From: Chrysomallon squamiferum
Lineage: Eukaryota; Animalia; Mollusca
Length of the DNA: 64,000 nucleotides
Direction: 5' to 3'
Assembly: GCA_012295275.1 (NCBI GenBank)
Contig: CM022667.1
Location: 19,964,001 to 20,028,000 of the forward strand
Shown: piece after piece, positions 1 to 64,000 of the stretch
Layout: every line of letters begins with the position of its first letter
Numbering within the stretch: position 1 is the first letter of the stretch
The notes under the pieces: model-generated
Told to the model about the DNA's origin: nothing
The model's database searches: none
Seen by the model: the letters and a program-made list of their open reading frames with translations, nothing else
Made by a program: the position numbers and the translations under genes

Positions 1-58044
<58,044 letters not shown>

Positions 58045-60090
58045 CTGGAAGAAAAAAGAAAAAAGAGGTTTCAGAATCAAATTAGAAATGAACATGTGTA
58101 TAAAAAAAAAATTCAATAACAAATACATAACTAAGAAACAAAATTAAAGAATTTATGTAAAAATATATCTAACAGCTAGAATAAACATAACATATAAAAC
58201 ACCTAATATAGTGTAAAATGTAATGTTCTTTATTCTGATAATTTTACAGAAGAATGTCCTTATCTGTCTTGCAATTTTAAGAGACTGTACAAATTAAGTA
58301 ATTATCTGACAATGTTCAAGAGAGTTCACTGTGAAAAGGAAACAGATTTTTGTCTGATTTTTAACAATGTAAGTTCACCAATCTGTGTGTCTTACAGGTA
58401 CCCAAACTGCGACACTGCTTTATGTCAAACACACATGTACATTCATGTGACAAAAATAATTTAATGACTGTAAATTGTAAAACCACCTCATAAATCAGAA
58501 CTGTGGTCACACCTGTTCTGTGGACAGTCAGGTGAACACAACAAAATGTGTGATAGTTAGAACTGTCCTTTTGGACACCAGAGTAGCAGATTGTAATTAT
58601 AGAAGAGTTACACAAAAAAAAAAAAAATAAATAAATAAAAAAAAATTTAAAACAATTAAAATTTAAAAGGAATGTTATCTATTTAAACATACAGACATAG
58701 CTGAAAGGTTTACGTAAATTAATATCAGATAAACTGGATCAGTATTTGTTAAAGTTTTCAACTGCTCATACCTCTTTATATTACACAGTGTTTTCATTGC
58801 TCTTTACTGCATATATATAGACACACACATATATACACATACATACATACATACATACATACATACATACAGACATACAGACATACATACATATATACAT
58901 ACATACATAATTTTCCATTGATGAATCACAACCACAATAATTTATAAATTCATTCAAGAACTGACTGTTTCTCAGACCCCTAGTTTGCAGATTCATACAT
59001 AACCCAGCTGGTACACATAAGAATTGCTGTTTTACAATAAATATATCAATTTTATTTATTTTAACAATACACACAAGAAGAAGAATAACCTAGAAAACAT
59101 ACAGTAACTCTTCTAATGATGAGTAACAATAAAATGAGAGAATATTTTATTTTATACATAGTAGTTTTATATTAGTGAGTTGCTTACAGCTACTACTGTT
59201 TGTAATCAACCTCTTTTAAAACTTGTATTTAACCTCATGTTCAATAGAGCTGTAGTGTATGACTAAGGTGAAACCTACTTAACTGTACGAACAAAGACAA
59301 AATACCTAGAACAATTCATCCATGTGAAAGTATGAAAATTGTATGCTGTGGTGTGTAATCAACGTACTTAACTTTTATCACCCAGTATACTGACTCCAAT
59401 TCATAAAGAAATCATTAATAATAAGTGTACCAGAGCTATAATTATCAAATAACAGAAGACAGATAAAAACAAACTTACAAAAGGTTTTTATAATTTGTGA
59501 CTGTGTGTGTGTGCCTGTGTGTGTGTGAATGAACTCATGCAAAATTACCAAAAATCAAGACTAAAGGGATTTGTGATGTTAGACCAGCCAAGAAGCAAGT
59601 GATTTAAAATTGAGTGAAATATGAATCTCTCTCTGAACCCCATGTTTGGGTTCTGCTTGGGGCTAAAACATTATCAGCAGCATTAGAAAGGTTGTGGTTT
59701 GACCACTGTAAGATTAGACAGTGGCACAGGTAACTTGTAGGTGTTAAAGATGAATGGTCTTTAGTGAGATAGATGATGACAGGTTGGACTGGGAAAAAAA
59801 AAGTAAAATTGCCATTGGCAGAAATACAGATCAAATATCAAAGTTGTTGCTTTGACCTGTTTCATGTTTTTCTATTAAAAGATGTATTATTAAATCAAAT
59901 ATGCATGTAGCACTGACCACAAATAACACTAAAATAGCTTGTGACAGTTATATGTTGTTTTTATCACAAGCAGCTAACACTTCAAAATCACTGACTGCAT
60001 TAATAGCAGAACAAGCAGATTCAAGAGAGCTTGAAATGTCTTTTTATATATATATATCTTTTTTCTTTTTTATATATATATTATTTTTTA

Positions 60091-60126
<36 letters not shown>

Positions 60127-60507
60127 TTTATAGAAAATGATCTATGGATCCTGTAACTCTTGCATTAATGTTATTTTACGTATCATATTCATGCAGTCAG
60201 TGTTTGTTGCTAATCTGTGCACTTGATCAGTTTTCACACCTGTGATGCTGCATGTTAAATCAGGGATTAAATCACAGCGAGATTAAAGTGAAGCGAATAA
60301 TTCAATTTATTCATATGCATTATGTAACAAGATTAATTTTCACACCATTCTCACTTTCAGCACGAATATGCCTGTTGTTAAAATAGTGGTAATAATGGAA
60401 AAAACTTGAATTCTTGAATCAGAGGTTCACAAAACTCTTTCCTAAACATTCTTAGCATTGTTACTGAAAAATATGTTTCTCAAGCTTTCTCTGTCAAAAT
60501 GCCAAAC

Positions 60508-60547
60508 TATAATAATAATAATAATAAACTAATAATAATAATAATAA

Positions 60548-60592
<45 letters not shown>

Positions 60593-60618
60593 TAATAATA
60601 ATAATAATAATAAAAAAA

Positions 60619-60652
<34 letters not shown>

Positions 60653-60670
60653 TAAAAATATAATAATAAA
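60508..60670. repeat. (AAT)n microsatellite
   Basis: Direct inspection. Confidence 0.95.
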
Positions 60671-62174
60671 ATGACTGAAGACATTTCCTAGAGTTAACTG
60701 AAAAGTGTCTGCTACAACTTAATCCCTTTCTCAATGTGCTGGATCATGTCTAGTAAAATCCTACCTGACAATGCACAGAGACCACATTACTGCTATCTGA
60801 CACTATCAGGCAGATCTGAAGAACATTTATCTTTTTTTGTCAGTAAGTGATCTAGTTTGATAACATCTATCTCTTGATTCCAAATACCATTCACGTTTGA
60901 AACTGAAGCTTGCTTACATATATTACGATATAATGTTATTTAGGTGAAGTTATTTATTTGGATCTTTTTCTCAAGAAACAACTATTTCTTCTGCTTTATA
61001 ATAGATATATATTCCTATTGTTATAAGGCCAAGGCTTTTAATCTACTGTCAGTTATTTTTCATTTCAGACCTATAATCTTGAAGTGTCTTGTTTGCAATG
61101 AGTTTATCATATAACAATCTTCATACAATTGATTTTTTTTCTTTTAATTATTCCAGTATTTTATCTTGATTAAATATATTAAATCTAAAGATTAGTTTGT
61201 TGATTTTTTTCTTCTTAATGTTCCAGATATTTTATTATAAATACCCAGTTATTATAGTATTACAGAGACATTCAGATGTTGTTAATCTGAAAACATGATT
61301 GAATCCAGCCATCTGTGACGAAGTCAAAAATAATTAATATAAGAAATTAATTTACTGAAAATATTCCACAAAATTTTATTTTTAAAAACAGTTTTGTCCA
61401 GCAAACTGGACTTTGATAGCCAAAGCAATAAAAATGCCATGTTTACTGTATGCAAATGTTATCTCGGAATAGACAGGGTGTTTGCTGATTATATGCTCAG
61501 AAGTGAAGTGTTTGCTGGTATCATATCACCGAATTCCTCCTTCACCTCGATTGTCCTGTTTGTCACAAAAGGATAAATTATGTTCTTTAAAAATACCTCC
61601 TCAAGGTCAACTTTAAACTCAACCCAGGCCACACCAGTCAAATGAAACCAGAGCAAAGATGCTTGTGCAATAGGAATTAAAACGACAAACAAAGGAGATG
61701 GAATGCAAAGGATATTCCCCTTGGGCAATGGTATTTGAATTGCAAGTGTGTGTGTGTGTGTGTGTGTGATGCCATATACCACAAGTTTGCCCACAGCATT
61801 CAGAGTTGGCTAGACAGTGGAAGTAACTTGATTATGTAATTCCTAACATGAAAGAGTTATTATCTATATTAACAATGTGGATAAGACCACAAAAGTTTTA
61901 TCTTGTACAGTGCTTACTGTCAGCTTCATTTTTACTATTTAGAAAATTCACAATGTGCCTGATTTTACAATATTTAAACAATCAATAACAAATCTGAAAA
62001 GTAGATTTAATTTAATGAAAAATAAATATTAAAATTACTTAGAACTGAAATACATGCCTGAGATATATATAAAATTAGGAAAATGATGATCTATAAATTA
62101 TTATTCTGTACAGCAGTCAGAAACAGTAATAGATTTAAACTCTCCAAGTTCAATAATAAATTTCTCAGCAAAAC

Positions 62175-62390
62175 AAAATATTTTATTCTGCGACTCACTT
62201 CACATATTGTATTCAGTTAAACAGCATCAGACCCAGAGCTATGGATCACTTGGATTGCAAGAGAGGAAACCCACTGCCACTATTTCAGGGCTACTCTTTC
62301 CAGTTAGCAACATGGGATGTTTTATGTTCACCATCCCATGAACAGAACAGTTCAAACTGTGGTTGCTGGATTGAGAAATACCTCAATGAA
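62175..62390. mobile_element. Degenerate SINE-like interspersed repeat of a gastropod family
   Basis: gagaggaaacccactgccactatttcagggctactctttccagttagcaacatgggatgttttatgttcaccatccca resembles, from memory, the core GAGAGGAAACCCGCTG..GGGCTACTCTTT..TTAGCAGCAAGGGATCTTTTATATGCACCATCCCA of an abundant gastropod repeat. Not verified by search. Confidence 0.6.
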
Positions 62391-64000
62391 CATATTCAGA
62401 AGTTTCTGTTTTGTACTATTGTAACACTAACAAAAGACACTTTCATAGAAGGTATTTTATTTATTATTTATTTCCATCCCAGTTTCTTTTTTTCTGGGTT
62501 GTTTTTTTTTTTTGGTTTTTTTTTTTTTTTTTTTTTTTTATTTATTTTGATAGGAATTATGGATATAAAAATTTACATCATAAAACAGGAACATGAACAT
62601 ATAAACCATCACTTTGTATATTGAGAATATTTAAAACATGTATGAAATAACTACTTTCACTGGACTCAGGCTGATCCATTTAGGTTCTCAATTAGACCAT
62701 GAAAAAATAAAATAAAACAATCAAAAGAAGAAGGAAACAAGAACCACAGTAAGTCAGTCAGTCACTCCTCACTGTCCAGTTTTTCAATTAGTGACCAGCA
62801 GGATTGGTCAGCCATCAGTCTCAGTGTAACACAACGGTCGATGTATCAGTTAATTTGATTTATTAGCAAGCCACGTAATATCCAAATTACTCTATGATTA
62901 ATAGCTAACATGTTACTAACAAGATTTATATTAGAGCCCTCTTAAATCAACCCTTGCTGAAAGTAATAAAACAGCAAGCTGGGAAGAAAAAGAAAAGAAA
63001 CAAAATTCCAAGATAGCCAACATGTCCAACACATAATATAAAAATACCCAGAAAACACACCCATAAATAACAGAGATACATTTATTTTTGTAGATGTACA
63101 TTAGTGTTAATGGTTTTACATTCACAGCATGTATCTGACATTACATTAACTCACTTTTCTTATTTTTCAGTGACTCAATGTGTACCCAGGTAGGAAGTGA
63201 TACCCACACAGGTAAATCGTTTCAGAACAAAGCAGATATGAACTAAAAATAGGTTTGTGTTTAGCGTAAACCAGGGTGTGTTGAAACAAATAGCACTAGA
63301 TATGTGCAGAGCGAGACAAAGATACAGATTAAATATTTATTTAGTTACACTTTCTTGATAACAGCCAACCAGGTATTTACACCAGAAGGAAAAAACAGAT
63401 TATAACAATTTTTTACTCGGGTATGTTTTAAAGATGTAACAAGAAAGGAGTAATATACACCCTGAAGAATTGTGACAAAAACCAGGATATATTATACACC
63501 TTTTCTCATTTACTTATGAAAGGAATCAGTAACAGCCCAACAGGGTTTCATCGAGACTTAAGAAACCTGACATTAATGATATGTTACACACTAGATTTCC
63601 TCTCACATAAATTAAGAAAGATACACCACAGCACATACAGCATGACTCTGCACTTTGATTCAGGGATCAAGTAGTATTTATTGGGATACTGATACATGAA
63701 AATATTCATATTCCTTTTTGTCATAAATTTCATTTTCACAGCAGCATTAATATCTCAGTAACTCACGTGGTTACAAAAAACAGAACCTAGCTAAATACAG
63801 GTAATAACTGAAAATTCTATTTAAACTCAACTAATTTCTTCTGGTGTTTAGAAAAAGACTAGAAAAACATATTTTGCTCTTTTTTTTTTTTTTTTTTTTT
63901 CCTGTTTTTCTTCTTTTGTTATTGTTAGCTAAAGTATTTATGCAATTTTCTCCGACCAAATCAGAACAGCTAAAAAAAGTAACTGAATGACATGTTTTGT

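Overview
AT-rich, microsatellite-rich eukaryotic (invertebrate) genomic DNA. A SINE-like repeat near 62.3 kb suggests a gastropod mollusc, though this is a recalled resemblance only. The whole window lies inside one large minus-strand, multi-exon gene for the actin nucleator Spire. Ten coding exons could be assembled by eye with canonical GT/AG sites, covering the C-terminal KIND domain, the four WH2 motifs and the Ser/acidic linker. The first exon (beyond 64000) and the Spir-box/FYVE/FSI exons (below position 1) are outside the window. Splice phases match throughout, apart from two exons that each carry an apparent 1-nt homopolymer frameshift, most likely long-read assembly errors. The most striking features are: (i) a perfectly periodic 24-bp minisatellite that is a 31-fold in-frame amplification of a Spire splice donor; (ii) a second, codon-preserving duplication at another donor; (iii) tandem repeats abutting several exon boundaries; (iv) candidate alternative last and first exons in the introns around WH2-D that could split Spire into N- and C-terminal isoforms, several with short Cys-rich N-termini. 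Almost all ORFs in the supplied track are repeat artefacts.
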